From Raillietiella orientalis (Eukaryota): 64,000 nucleotides of DNA. This document shows, in pieces, positions 1 to 12,800 of the stretch. The stretch is taken from the NCBI GenBank assembly GCA_036172245.1, contig JAYWIR010000056.1, positions 434,001 through 498,000 on the forward strand, in the 5' to 3' direction. Both the position numbers and the translations under genes were made by a program. The notes beneath the pieces are model-generated. The model searched no databases. It was not told where the DNA came from and saw only the letters and a program-made list of their open reading frames with translations. Each line of letters starts with the position of its first letter. The first letter of the stretch is position 1.

Positions 1-327
1 TTTCAATTTGGTACCTGCATCACACCATGAAATCAGTTTCGAGTGGGATTCTCAGGGTCAGTATGGAAAGAAAGGAAAAGTGTGGCATTTCTATTTAGAG
101 TTTTCTTTGAGAAGGAACCAGCTACCGAGAGGCTGAGCCCACTGCGAGCGAACCACCTTTGCCAGGTTTTCCTGGATGCTCGTGATAAGCAGAACTCTTA
201 GGAGCACTTGCTTGCTTTCAGATTACCCAAGCCTGGCAACGATGGTCGCTGGATATGGGGCGAATGACGCTCGGTTTAGGTGCCTGAAGGCTTTCCCGGA
301 ATACACCAGCGACTGACTCTCTCTTAC

Positions 328-808
328 ATGACTTCAGCGTTCGTGTGCAATCCGTAAACCAGCGGTGAATCCATGTCCGGGAGAGATTCGATGTACTTGA
401 AGTATTCCTCCAGGGAGTGGCATTGCGGGATGGTGTAATCCTGATAGAAGGCGAAGTCCGGAGAGAACAGGTTCTCGCTGAACCAGGACTGGGCAAAGAT
501 TTTAACCACTCGATGGTCGAAGTCATCTGTGATTTTGCCTCCGTAGTAGATTTCCCCGATCATGTAGCACAAAGTGATCCAAGATACTCCCTGATGAAAA
601 TGGGGAAAAAAATCAAACCAAAGAAAGAAAGAAAGAAAGAAACGAATTCGGAGAGCTGCCAACAGAGGGATGAAAGCAAAAATTCACTCACCTTTTTGAT
701 CTCGAGATCGTCGAAGTGATTTTGCAAGAATTGCACAGTGGCAATGAAGTCCGCTTGGTCGAAATCGTAGGGAACATTCCAGCCGAGGGATCCGTATCGC
801 CTTCGTTC
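328..808 (-). CDS. DNAH5: Dynein HC exons 692-808 and 328-590 (AAA6 lid / start of C-terminal domain)
   Basis: [46 protein letters not shown]...[12 protein letters not shown] boundaries. Confidence 0.92.
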
Positions 809-3800
809 CTAAGGAGACACCACCACCATTAGCTGAAGGAATCGCCATTCAAGATAACTTTTTTCCCAAGAAAAGTGTCTAGGCTATCCAGATAATTTAT
901 CTTTCTGTTCTTCGAGTTCTTCCCAGATCAGCGCCTGCTCTCTCAGCATCCGCGAACAGCTTCACGAACTGAGCCGACTTTTTGTTCCGTACGGATATCC
1001 ACTCCAAAGTTCTGTAGCGACTCCTGCAGTCCGGTGACCGAATCATCTCTTGAAAGATCTTCACCTTGTCAATCCGCGAATTCCGATAACGTCCAGTTGG
1101 ACAAAACGGGTTTGCTTCTGAATTTAAGACTTTTCCGCCTGCTTAGCTGGTCATTCGTGTCTCTCTGGCATCTCTAAGCATCTCTGGCTGCAAACATCTT
1201 CACACGTAGTTTAGTCGAGATCACTTTGGAGGCAAAGTGATCGCCCGCATGGACCTGTCGAATTTCGAATCTCTCTGTCCCTTCCGTTCTCTTCATCTTC
1301 CCGGCTAGGTGCGTTTTCTTGATCGCGCTTTTTGCAAGTATTAAAAGATCTTCCCAAACTTAGGACTTCTTGGAAAAGAACTAGTTTGTCTCGGAGGTCT
1401 TTTGGAGAGATGGGATGGGGTGTAGCGTTATTCCGCGCGCGCATCAGTGCAGAGTCCATCCTGATGGACTGAGAACCGAGTGTTTGCATCTTTGAGTGCC
1501 ACATGGCAAGCCATTTTGCTGCTCGGAAGCCTTAACTGAGAACATACCAGGAATGTCACGTGGAGGAACGCAACTGTGAACAGCAGCGGCTGCCACTGAG
1601 GTAAGTTGCTGTATTCCAAGTGGTCCTGATTGATGGAAGAGTAGACCCTTCTCAGCCCTGACCGGAGCCCTTGGGGCGGTTCATTTGTGAACTTGATTGC
1701 CATCTGGAAAGCAGCCGATCTTCATCCACCTCTGGTTTCCCTCCTGCATGTGCTCGCAAGAGTGTCGACGAAAGAGGAATTACCTGCAGAAGGTTGATGG
1801 GGAATTCTGGGTGGACATCTGTCGTGATCCACAGTCTGAAAGATTCGCAGGGGTGTTTCGTCTCTGCCATCATCTCAATCACATCGTTACAGAAAGAGAG
1901 AGACAGGTGACAGTTGTAGAGCAGGAGCCAACCACCGCTTTTCAACTTCTCACTCATCAGCTTCCTGGCGTACACTTCTTGCCCTTGTCCCATAGAAACT
2001 GAATGCAGATCTGGAAAGCTGTGTGATGACTCTTTCTCCCTCGTGAACTCACCAATGGCCATTTTCTTGGACAAAGATTCTATCTGCATGGACGGGTCTG
2101 CTCCCGCTGCTAGGAAGCAGATGATGGGAGTATGCGGAGTGGACTCCTCCCAAATAGCTTCGAAATCCAGAACCAAATCTTTGGCGAATTCGCAGCCGAG
2201 GGACTCTGAAAGTCGTCAAGCGTGAGTCGAATCTCTCAACTGGATCGGAGAACTTCTTGCAGGTTGTTCAACTTCCCCCAAAATCATCTGCAAGAGCTTT
2301 TACGGGTCTATGGAGATTCGTGGTTCAAGCAAGAGGGTGATGCAAGGATCCCCGACTCAGAGTTTTTTGGAACCGTGGTACAAGAGCAGACGAAGCGCCG
2401 ATTTCTGACACACGGAAGGACAGAAAAGAATGTCTCAATGGCTAAAGAACCTAGAGGCGCACAAGACCAGGCTACAAGGAGAATAAAGCTCGGTAAACAG
2501 TTGATTAGAAGGGGAAAAAAAGGAGAACAATTCCCTAAGGCATCCATAGAAAAAATTGTAAAGACAGATGTGACCTCGAGGAAGAAGAGAAGAACACAGT
2601 GTTGCATGGGTAGAAATCGGAAAGTACAAACCCCTTGAAAGTTTACCACCGGATTTCTTTGGAAACTCTTGAACCTTATGACAGACCATTAGCGAATCAA
2701 CTACAGTTTGAAGATAGATCGGCTGTGAAAGAAACCTGACAGAAAGGCCACAAGTAAAAAGAGACACAGAAATGATCCTTTGGCGACCCGTATTGGCGGC
2801 TGCGTGGCTATGGTTTCCGCGCTTGGTATCAAACGCTGCAAGTCCGAATCCCCACGTGGAGAATCGATGCCGAGAATGGGGGGTGCGTCGTGGGTTTCGA
2901 GTCCCCTCCGCAGAATGACACTAGTTGGCCTACAGGCTTCGGGTATGGCACTAGTGGAAGCCGGAAACCCCCGGATGCTCCCATTGACTGGCCAGGATTG
3001 AAAGTTGACCTCGGGTCCCTCCAGGACATCAAGGAGCCTGTTCCCTTCAGAATTGTACAGATGGAGCCATCCTTCTCTTTCGGGGGGGGGGGGGGGAACC
3101 CTCAATCTCGTACCATGGGGCTGGTCGATATCCCTCTCGGTGGTTGCCTCCCTGCAGTGTAAGAAGCGCACTGCTCTCTTCGGGGAGTGACCTTTCATGA
3201 AAATTTGAACGCATCCCTTTGGGTTTCTCTTCAGAGGAGTAAACAAGGAGTGGATCCTTTTCGGGAGATCCCTGCAGAGCGAATAAGAAGAGGTTCCCTT
3301 TGGGGTTCCTTTCAGAGACAACCTGGGGGAGGGTTCCCTTCCGGGTTCCCTCCCAAGAGTAAGAGAGGAACGGACTTCTCCCTCCGGGGTTTCCTGTAAT
3401 CATAGGGTGGTCTCCCTAACTCTTGAAGAGTTGCGAGCACCCTCGGGTGGCGTCAACAGCGTTAAAGGGCTTCGTGAGCCTTCTTAAGAATGCGAACTGT
3501 TCCTCAGCACTCCCTGAGAGCCAAAAAAGATAAATCCGAAAAAAAAAGAGGGAAAAGCTGGAAGAAACGGTCCTTTGCAGAGCACAGTTTTCCGAACGCC
3601 ACTCGAGATAATGTGGTTGGGAACGAAAGATGCGACTTTATCTTGAGTGAGATTCTGTTTCGGTTTGAGTACACCAAAGTACGTCCGGCGGTTTTCTCCC
3701 CACTGCCTTGCCATCGTCTCGTTTTGATTTTTCGTGCACTGAAACCTCCGGGTCCTTTATCTTTCGGGCGCTTGAGCAAACAGCATCCTTGTGCAACCTG

Positions 3801-6800
3801 GCGATCTGAGCTTTGGAGAGCTGAAACGTTTCTGTTGCGAGCTGCGGTCAATCATTTCAAAGACCCGCTCTTCGGCTCTTTCAGCGTCTAAACCGAGAGA
3901 ACCACGCTGAAAGAGAGGTCGGCCTTGTCTTCAAGGGAGGGCGAATCGCAAGTCCAGACTGAATCGTGTTGTCCGAGCAGCCCAGAGAGTGGCGCGTCAA
4001 TCAACATTTGTTTCCCGTGCAGCTTTCTTCCAGTTCCTTCCTTGTCCTGCATTCGCATCAACATCAACACTGATGTGAAATGCAGAGCGCCTTCGCGTGG
4101 AAGGTGGCTCACCATTCATCTCGCGCGTTTCCTGAAAGACGCACCAGGTCCCTACCAAGATGGGCTCTGAGAACGCTGGAAGCGCGGTTGCCCTACTGCA
4201 GCAGTTCTTTCACGTGCTCATTTGAACGCAGGACTCACCGATCACAAAGTGCCAAGCCTGCGTGAGTGTTCTGTCTGGACACCAAGAGCGAACCAGGAGG
4301 AGCTTCCGGAAAGAATCCAGACTGTGGCCAAAATTCGGAGGCTCTTCCTCTTCGGGTGTCTTGGAATTGAACCACTGCTTCCATGGTTTCTCCTGCTCGG
4401 AAATCTACGAAGAGATCGGTTTAAAGCTGTCTCCGTACTTCCAAGGTGTAGGGGGATCGTGCCCGCGTCGTCACGGGCGCTGTTGCTGTTTCTCGTAGTA
4501 CGAGAGATTGCAAGAGTTTCACCTTGAGCAGTATCCCGGAAAATTTCGGCAGCTGGTTTAGCTGAACCAGATTCAACCAGGTGATGTCCAGCACCCACTT
4601 GAATGGTTTCGGAGGGCACGCGTTCAGGTCCAGTGAAGCCCCACCTAGTTGAAGGTCGAGGGAGTGGCTTAAGTTTCGAACCAGATCGCGCTCCAATTCG
4701 CCTCACCCTTGGTGAACGTCATGAACTCTTCGTACGATACTCTTCCGTCGTGCAGTTGTATTTTGATTGCCAGCAGCAAGGTGAAGAGGAATTTGTGCTT
4801 TTCATAATATCCTCTGAGAGAGTATTTCCAAACCGACAGCGTCAGATACTCGATGATGTTCGAAACCCTTTCTTTCGTGCTGTATCCAGGCAACGCCCTA
4901 AAAGAGAAAGATCGTTTCAGTGCAGAGAGCGTTGGAGCTCAGAGTTCACGCCGTATACATTCGCAGCAAGCAACAGCTCTGCGCCATGATCTTTTCAGGC
5001 CGTGTGGAATTTAGGAAAGGACCACGTGAAAACGCTCGCGAAGTTTCGCGGCGAAGACTAGAGCTCTGCAAAGCGTTCGTTCCGTATAAAGCTCTGTAAA
5101 AGAGGGGGGGAAGAAGTGTCGTGTACGGTGAAGAAAGAGAAGTACTGTTCTTTCGTTTGTATTCTTGTGTCAGCATAAATGTAGTTCCCAGTGTTCCCAC
5201 ATATCACCTGTGAGTCTTACACAGTGCAATTGCAAAACACTGGCATTCGTGATCGGTGGTTTGGAAACTAGAGTTGCTGCATTCATTTTAATTAAAACCA
5301 TGTGTGAGGCAGGAAAATCGGTGAGTTTGGTCGGTGACTCTCCTACCAGCTTACCTTTCCTCCGAAACTGTTTCATTTTTACCCGACAGAGATCTCTTTC
5401 TGAAACTGCTACCACGCAGCTCTTCAGTGAGCACCACGTGTTTCCCAAATTTCGTACCAGCTGTGATTCGGTTGCTGTCTTCTGGTTCAAGTGTGTTGCA
5501 GATAAAGAAGAGCCCACTGTCTCAGTTTTATCCCGGAATCCAGAACTATTCTCAAAATCTTTTCGTAGCAGCATCCTGTCAGAGCGTTGGGACCCCTTGA
5601 TTTTGCCCTCCCGAATCAAGGTCCTTGATTCACCTTAAAGCCTTCGTGGTGGAGATCCGAATTCTCCACATTTTTTTCCTGTCTTCCCGTTCCTCCTCCG
5701 ACGTCAAGAGTGGTTCTTCGTGTTTGCTCGGTGCCGAAGAACCGTTCGCCTCCTCAGGAGGGGGCTCGCAAAGCACTTTGACGCTGTCCACGTCACCCAA
5801 GCGTGCGTGTGACCATTCAAGTTAAAAGATAACTCCAGAGGGACCACCTTATGAATCCAGGAAGGGTTCCGAAGAAAGGAGTCCGTTCCTCTCACGCTTC
5901 CGGAGGGCACCCTCGTTGTCTCCAAAGGAAACCCCGAAGTTAACCTCTTATTCTCTCCAGAGGGATCCTCTGAAGGAGTTCAGTCATCATTTCTTCTTCG
6001 GAGAGAATCCGGAAAAATATATTCAGCTCCCTCCCTCCTCCGGAGAGTAGCGCGGAGGGACGCTTCCCAGTTTTCCCTGAAGGGCGCTCCTCGAAGGGAG
6101 CAGAGCGCTGTTGTGACACTCCAGAGAGGCAATTCCCCGAGGGGGACATCGACCAGCTCCATGGAACACGATGGAGGGTCCCCCCCGAGGAAAGGGGATG
6201 GCTCCATTTTAACAACCAGAAGAGAACCCCTATATGGGAATCGACTCCGTGGTTCTTGAAAGGATCTCTGCAGTCAACGGGGGCATCCGTGGGTTCCGGA
6301 TTCCAACAGTGACTCACCCAAATATGCCAACCAGCGTCGTCCTGGGGGGGAATCGAAACCCACGACGCATCCCTTGTTGTCGGCGTTGATCTTCCACGTA
6401 GGGATTCAAACCCGCGACGTTTGGTACCACGCGCGAAGACCGCAGCCACACGGCCAACTCGGGGAAAATAGGGGCCTTCTGATAGCAGCAACTAAACACC
6501 CCATAGATCGTTCTAGAGATTCAAGGAGATCCATTGCTGCTTATCAAGGATTCATACGATACTCAATTGCTGAAGTACCTCCGTTTTTTCTTCTTTTTTT
6601 TTATGTGCAGTTTGCGTCCTGCCGTTTGACTGCCGTGCTCCCCTCTCCAAAAATTACCAGTACATCCATCACGAGTAAAAGAGATTTGTTAAAGATGCTA
6701 GGAAGAGACCTCTCTTCCGAATCTGAGGTGCTCGAGTACATCTGCAAACAAACAGGGAACGGAACCTACATTTCTGCTTGTTCGGTTGTCTGAGCAACGT

Positions 6801-9800
6801 GACCTGAGATTCTAGCAGCTCGAGTCGTTCCTGATGAAACAGGAAACGAAAATGAACATCACGGGAGAGAAAAGATTCTCCGGCACCGACACGTTGGGTG
6901 AGAAAAAGATAAGTAGAGGGAGCCAACTTTTCTGCAAGGCACAAGATTTCAAGTTTGCGCCCCTCGTTGTCAGACGCTTCTCTGTTCGAATTGCTAATGC
7001 AGCACTTCTGTCCGGAGGCATGCGAGAAGATATATGATGAAGGTGCCTGTCCCCGCAGAAATCCTTCTGCTGAACTAGTGCCAGCTTTTTGTGTTAACTT
7101 CACTCCAAATGCGACTAGCAAGCTCCGCAGGCAACCACTTTAGGAGCTTCTGCTCACTGATTCTCAGCACGCACCGCGCTACCGGCAACCCACGTAGTCA
7201 CTGTTTCTCTTTCAGTCTACATCGTTCCCTTTTTGAATTATACGTCTTGAGGTGGTTGATGGCTCTCTCGGGCTGCTGATATCTCTGAATCAAGTCGTAA
7301 CAACAACTCAGATGGCACCCTCGAGATGCAGACTTCGGGCCATTCGTGTCTGTCATGCCATCTGAGAAGATGACTGAACCGAGCAATGACGTATCCAGCA
7401 CACGAACACCAGGTCTCCAAACATCCGGGTGAGTGCAAGTGCGCTAAGCGTCCGAAGATGGTGAAAACCCGAAATAGCAACCGAAGGAGTTTGGTAGTAG
7501 CATGCGGCTACTCTGGGGTATGCCTCACTCTCCGAAGCAGGAGAGCACGGCGTTCCTCAATCGAGAAGGACCCATGTCGAGGTGATCCATGTCTTGCGTT
7601 AATAGGCAACACCTATTCTGCATCTACTGCTCCATGCACGTTGCCTGCCGAGATCTACTGACCGGACGAAGGCGCACTCAAGAAGGGATGGCGGTCGAAA
7701 GTGTGGGAGGCGCTGGGCATGGGAAGAGAGATTCCTTGTCTCTGCCGGTAAAACTCGAGCCTCATCGCCAAGAGGGGTTGTCCAAACGGTCGTGCCTTAT
7801 CGCCAAGAGGCACCCGTCAAGAGAAGTAGGAAGGGAAGACGAGGGGAAGAGGGAAGAGGGACTGGTGACCTCGAACAACCCAGTTCCGGGAGATGGCTAG
7901 AGCGGACCTGATGCTCATGTCCGACGTTGCCCAACCATGTGAGAACCGGCAACAGCATGCCAAAGAAGCACATCAACGGAAGGAATCAAACGTAGGCAAC
8001 TACCCCTTCCATTCGCCGTCAGAGGAGTCTCTGAGAGCCCCAGTGACGGAACGCCGAGATCCGAAGCGCGACGAGGTGCTCAAAGGACTTGGGGGTCCCT
8101 CTCGTGCAGACGGAAAACGAGAAGAAGAGGATGGAATTTTTGCTCCAATACCCAGCCAGCATAGCAGGGACACGTACTGGGTCACCGGTCACTGGCCACA
8201 GCAAACTGTCAGCAAGTCTCCGGTTGAATAACAAGATGATGGCAACTATGGGAAATTCTCCTAACATCTATTGGCAAAAAACAAACAAACACAAAACACA
8301 AAAAAAAATGGAGATGGACTTCACCATCAACATTCATCAGCCCACACGCTTGTTCTCCCCATTTCATTTTACGCCTTTTTTTAAAATTGCACGCATTTAA
8401 AAAAAAAAAAAAAAACCTACAAAATGCAGGATTTTTAGAAGAATAGTACCTTATATTAGCGTATTATTCAGAAGTATTCTGAAATGTAGGGACCCAACAG
8501 CACAATATCTTCGATGTACGCACATCGGACATTCTCGAGTCCGCAAATGACCATACGAGTTCCAAAAAGGAAAGATAAGAAAAAAGTCTTTGGTAGTTTT
8601 CAAGGAGCACGGCATACACTTAAAAAAATGAGGCCATTTTTGCTCTCGCCAGTCGCATCGAACAAACATTTTTCCAGATCCGATTCCGCCCGAGTCCCGT
8701 GGAACGCGGTGCAGGGAAGGTCGAGTTCTATGGATCTAAGGGAGAGGTGATGCTAACCACTTGCCCAAGCGAACGAAGGCCCTGTCATCCGTCTATGACT
8801 CCACCAGAAAACCATCGGAAAGTCTGCAGATCGCTCTTATCACGGTCACGTAACGATTCGGTCAAAACGCGCACCACGTGATTTTTTGTTTCGACATGCG
8901 CAGGGTGACGTCCTTCGATCCCTGCGTTCTCCGTCGGGAATTTCCCGTGTGTACGTTCGCGAAACAGAAGCGCTCCTTTTGCAAAAGGAGCGAAGTAAGA
9001 AAAGGAACTTTCGGATGGAAGCAGCCTAGCCCTGAGGGCTGGAAGAGATTCTTTCCTGTGGCGGAGGCAAATGACTGGTTGCATCCACAGCCCAGTCAGC
9101 ACCCCGAGCAGCAGATTCTCCAGCAGCTACTCACCTGTTCATTGAAGTTTGGAACAATGTGAGAAACTGCTTAAGGGAAGTCTGGTACATGCAGTTAATG
9201 TGGCTCATCTCGACAATGAGGAAGTACAGGATGCTTCCTCGGGTCGCGACCGGTCGGAATTCTTCCCTGACCACGTTGATCTTCGCCTCGGTCTCAGCAG
9301 ATATCTCCAGCTTCTGGCTCACTTCCGCTGCAGTCATCTTGGTGGACTGCAAGACGTCGATGAGATCCTCGTCCTCGACGAGCGACACCTGCACATCACA
9401 CCACGCCCTTCAACGAGTTTCTCGAAAAGGAAGTCAGCCAAACCTGCACGCTTGTTAGCCGAAATAGAAGGTTGCTCTCCAGCTCCTTGATCTTCTTCTT
9501 GTTCCGTATGATATCTTCTATCAGCTGAACCCTGTGGGATTCCAGATCACTCTTCTCGTGAAGAATCACTCGCGCTGCCCACAAGACAAGGAAAAGCTCA
9601 TCAGTTCGGAAAGACTGGTTAGAGGAAAACAAAAACAGAGAATTGCAATCCTCCCAACTGCAACCCCGCGGCTACCCGTAGGAGGACCCATCAAAATCAG
9701 TTTTTCCCTGGAGAAATCTCCGGCACTTTCTAGAAGGTGAAAGTTCCATAGGAAAGGGTGAACGCTCGAAAAAGAGTGCGCCTCAAAAGTGGAAGATGGT

Positions 9801-12800
9801 AGTTGACACGAAGAGCAAACCATGCTTGTGGACCGTCTGGTTCCTAAGTGCAAAAGTGTAGCAGGCTCAGAGGAAGTTCAGAATTCTTGCCTCCCTCAAA
9901 AGATCTCTGCCCGAAATCTTTCCCTTTCTGTTTCCCGACGAAACTGAGTGCAACGCAAGCACCAGAGGTGGAAGACTGAATCTCACGCTGTTCCCGGCTT
10001 TCTGCCACTCGAAGCAATGGCCTTGACACTTTCAAGGCCATTGCTTCGCGTATGCTCAGTGAAATTACGCCATCAAAGAACCAGTCTCGCCGTCTTTGGG
10101 GTGTCAGGGGGTTTCCATGGTAGACAGGTGCACATTCGAAGAGATACACTTAGGAACCAGATCTATTCGGAAAGACTTCCTGCTCTTGCAGCATCATAAG
10201 AAAGAATCGCCTGAAGTGAGAAGCAGAGTGCTCTGTAGAAGAACAGCGCCATCCACCCTACATCTCGACGTCCCTTCTCATTTCTAAGGTCTCACCGAGA
10301 ACTTGATCTTCCAAGCCTTTCATCGTGACCGTGAAATCAATGATGGACAGCTTCGCACTGATTTCTGGAGTGTACGCCGGGTTCGAAAGCTTCGTGATCA
10401 GGTAGAGGGTAAATCCAGGCATCAGGTCAAACTCTTTGTCCCCAACCAAGACCTGAAACGACAGAAGAAAGTGAGAATGGATGCGGTCTTCCAGATGAAG
10501 CCCTTCAAGAGGAGGCAAAAAGCCTCACTCTGCCCCAGAGTTTTCAGTTCCAGTAACGACCCGGGAGGATCTCAGAGATCCTGGATAAGTCGGTCGTGCG
10601 AGAAGAAATCCATCGCACAGCTACCGAAGAAGGAGACGCTGCTCATGCCACCCCAGGGCAATTGGGCTATAGATTCTAAGAGGAAGCGGCCGAGGCAACG
10701 GAGAATTTTCAAAAGGATCAAGATCCGGGAGGAGTCTACTCCCGTCTGGAACGTGGGCAGGTCCGAGCAGGAGTTGTGGCGAGGAACGGTGCTAACGAAA
10801 GGTCTTCCTTAGAAGAAGCTTCCTCTCTTCCTTAGAAGGCTTCTCGCTGGTCGTCTCGAACGAAGGGGATATGGAAAGAAGGGCAGTCTTCTGGAAACTT
10901 CCGACTTCTTTCGCGCATTCAGATGCAAGTGTAGGTTTCTCGAGAGAAGAGCTGCTCGGGGGCACGCGTGCCAGATAGCCTTTCCTACTGTTAAGGGAGG
11001 AGATCACCGTTCCAATAAGAGCAACTTTCTTCGTATTGATCCACTAGTGCGGAGGGTATTCATGGAGACGTATGCCTGTGACCAGGATGACCGCAAACTT
11101 CGGACGCTGTCCGGATGCAATCAACCAACTTGCCCTGGATAGGGCTCTGAAGGCGACACCCTTTTCAGAGGACCAGCTGCTCCTTCAACACAGGTGATCA
11201 CTGAAGAACCACGACACCGAGCCGCAGTGGGCAGTTCCTCGAAAGACAGACCCCAATTCTTTTTCCTGCGGCCAACATCTCCTCTGCAAAGTCATTTATA
11301 ATGGAAACTGGGCCGCTCCTAGGCAGGAGAGTTCTCAGAATGGTCCCAGGCTGAGATGCACCGCCTCTTCGAAAATCTACATGGGAGAATGGCAGCAACT
11401 CTTGAGATGGGACGAAGTCGAGGGATCGCCTTTGCAGGAGAAACACGGCCTATGCAGAGCCGCTCACGCGGGGCCGCCGGCCTGTGCGCGTTTGCGCCAG
11501 CGCAGCAGGATACGCTCAGTAGGAAGATGAGTGAACCCACGGGTTTTCCTTCCCACTTACGCCTCGACCTTTGCGGTAGGTAGCCAGACATCTGGAAGGA
11601 TGACCCTGCTCTTCGCCGCACGGGAGCTACCCGAAGTCCAAGTGCAGGCAGCACCTCTTCGGCTGTAGAGAGTGGTCGTCAAGTGTTCTTACGTAGCCAC
11701 TGGGTCCACAGTTATCCTGCAGTCCCTAACTCCCAGACAGTGCCTTCTTCCACCCCGTGGAAAGTCTAAGCCAAAAAGGAAGCTGCGCAGGCTGTCCGTT
11801 CTGGAGCCATGCGATGAGGAGCAGGCCATCTTGCTTTCTAACTGTTTTCTGAGTGCATCGCTAGATCGCAGCAGCTTCCTCGCATCATCTTGCGCGCGGC
11901 GCGGAGTCTCTCTTCTCATCCAGAGGGTGTCGAGCGTGGTCCCTTGACCTCAGGAGCTCTCCTTGACGCATTCCTTCGTGTAGCTCGTCGGGGTGCCTTG
12001 AGGGACGATCGTCGTGACCGTAACCGGGAGCTGACGCGAAAGAAAGATATAGTGCACCCCCCCTTCCTGCGGGAACATCCCCAGCATCCTCGGAACGGAA
12101 TTGCACGAAGGAAGTCCTTTAAAAGGAAGCCAGGAGAACATTGCGCTTCCAGAGGCAGAATCGGAATCGGAGTGCTTCCGCTGCGAGGGTGCTTGGTTCT
12201 TTCTTGCGTAATGCCCCTTCTCCTTGGGAGTTCAATCACAAGGAAAGGCCTCTCGGCCAGCGAGGTCATGACCTCCACGGCGGCAGGTGTCGCGCCGGAG
12301 AGAAACGCGGCGGAGGGGTAGCAGTGATGTGCTGGAGGCTCCCTCTGCGAAAGTCCACGGTGATCGACACCAGCAATGACACTATCACAATGACGGCGAT
12401 GAGGGAGGAGGGAGGAGGAGCAGATTCATCTGCTTTTGACCTTAGGTCGTTCCCTTTCTCTCTGCAGTCCCAGATCTCTCCCACTCACCCCAAACTGCTC
12501 TGCCGACGCCTCTCCCTGCCCCCACGCCGGTAAGGGCAAGCACCCCTCCCTCGGATCCTTAACACACGTGGGTGGAGGAGAAACTCCCAGCTCAACCATC
12601 CTTCGTTTCGGAAGCTCGCCGCTGTCGAGCCATCGTCAGGCGCCAGCGAACAGGGAGGAGGCTCGCATGCACCCTTTCCTCGCTATCTCCCCCCCAGCAG
12701 GTTCACTCTTGTGTCATGCCTCCTCCTATTCCCTAACTACTGAAACGACTGCGGCGGCGACATAGAGCCGCTGCCGCCAGCGCTCACCTTCATGATGGTA

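Noticed and set aside
8399..8415. A17 run as the tail of a retrocopy
   Set aside because: No upstream coding similarity or target-site duplication could be identified.
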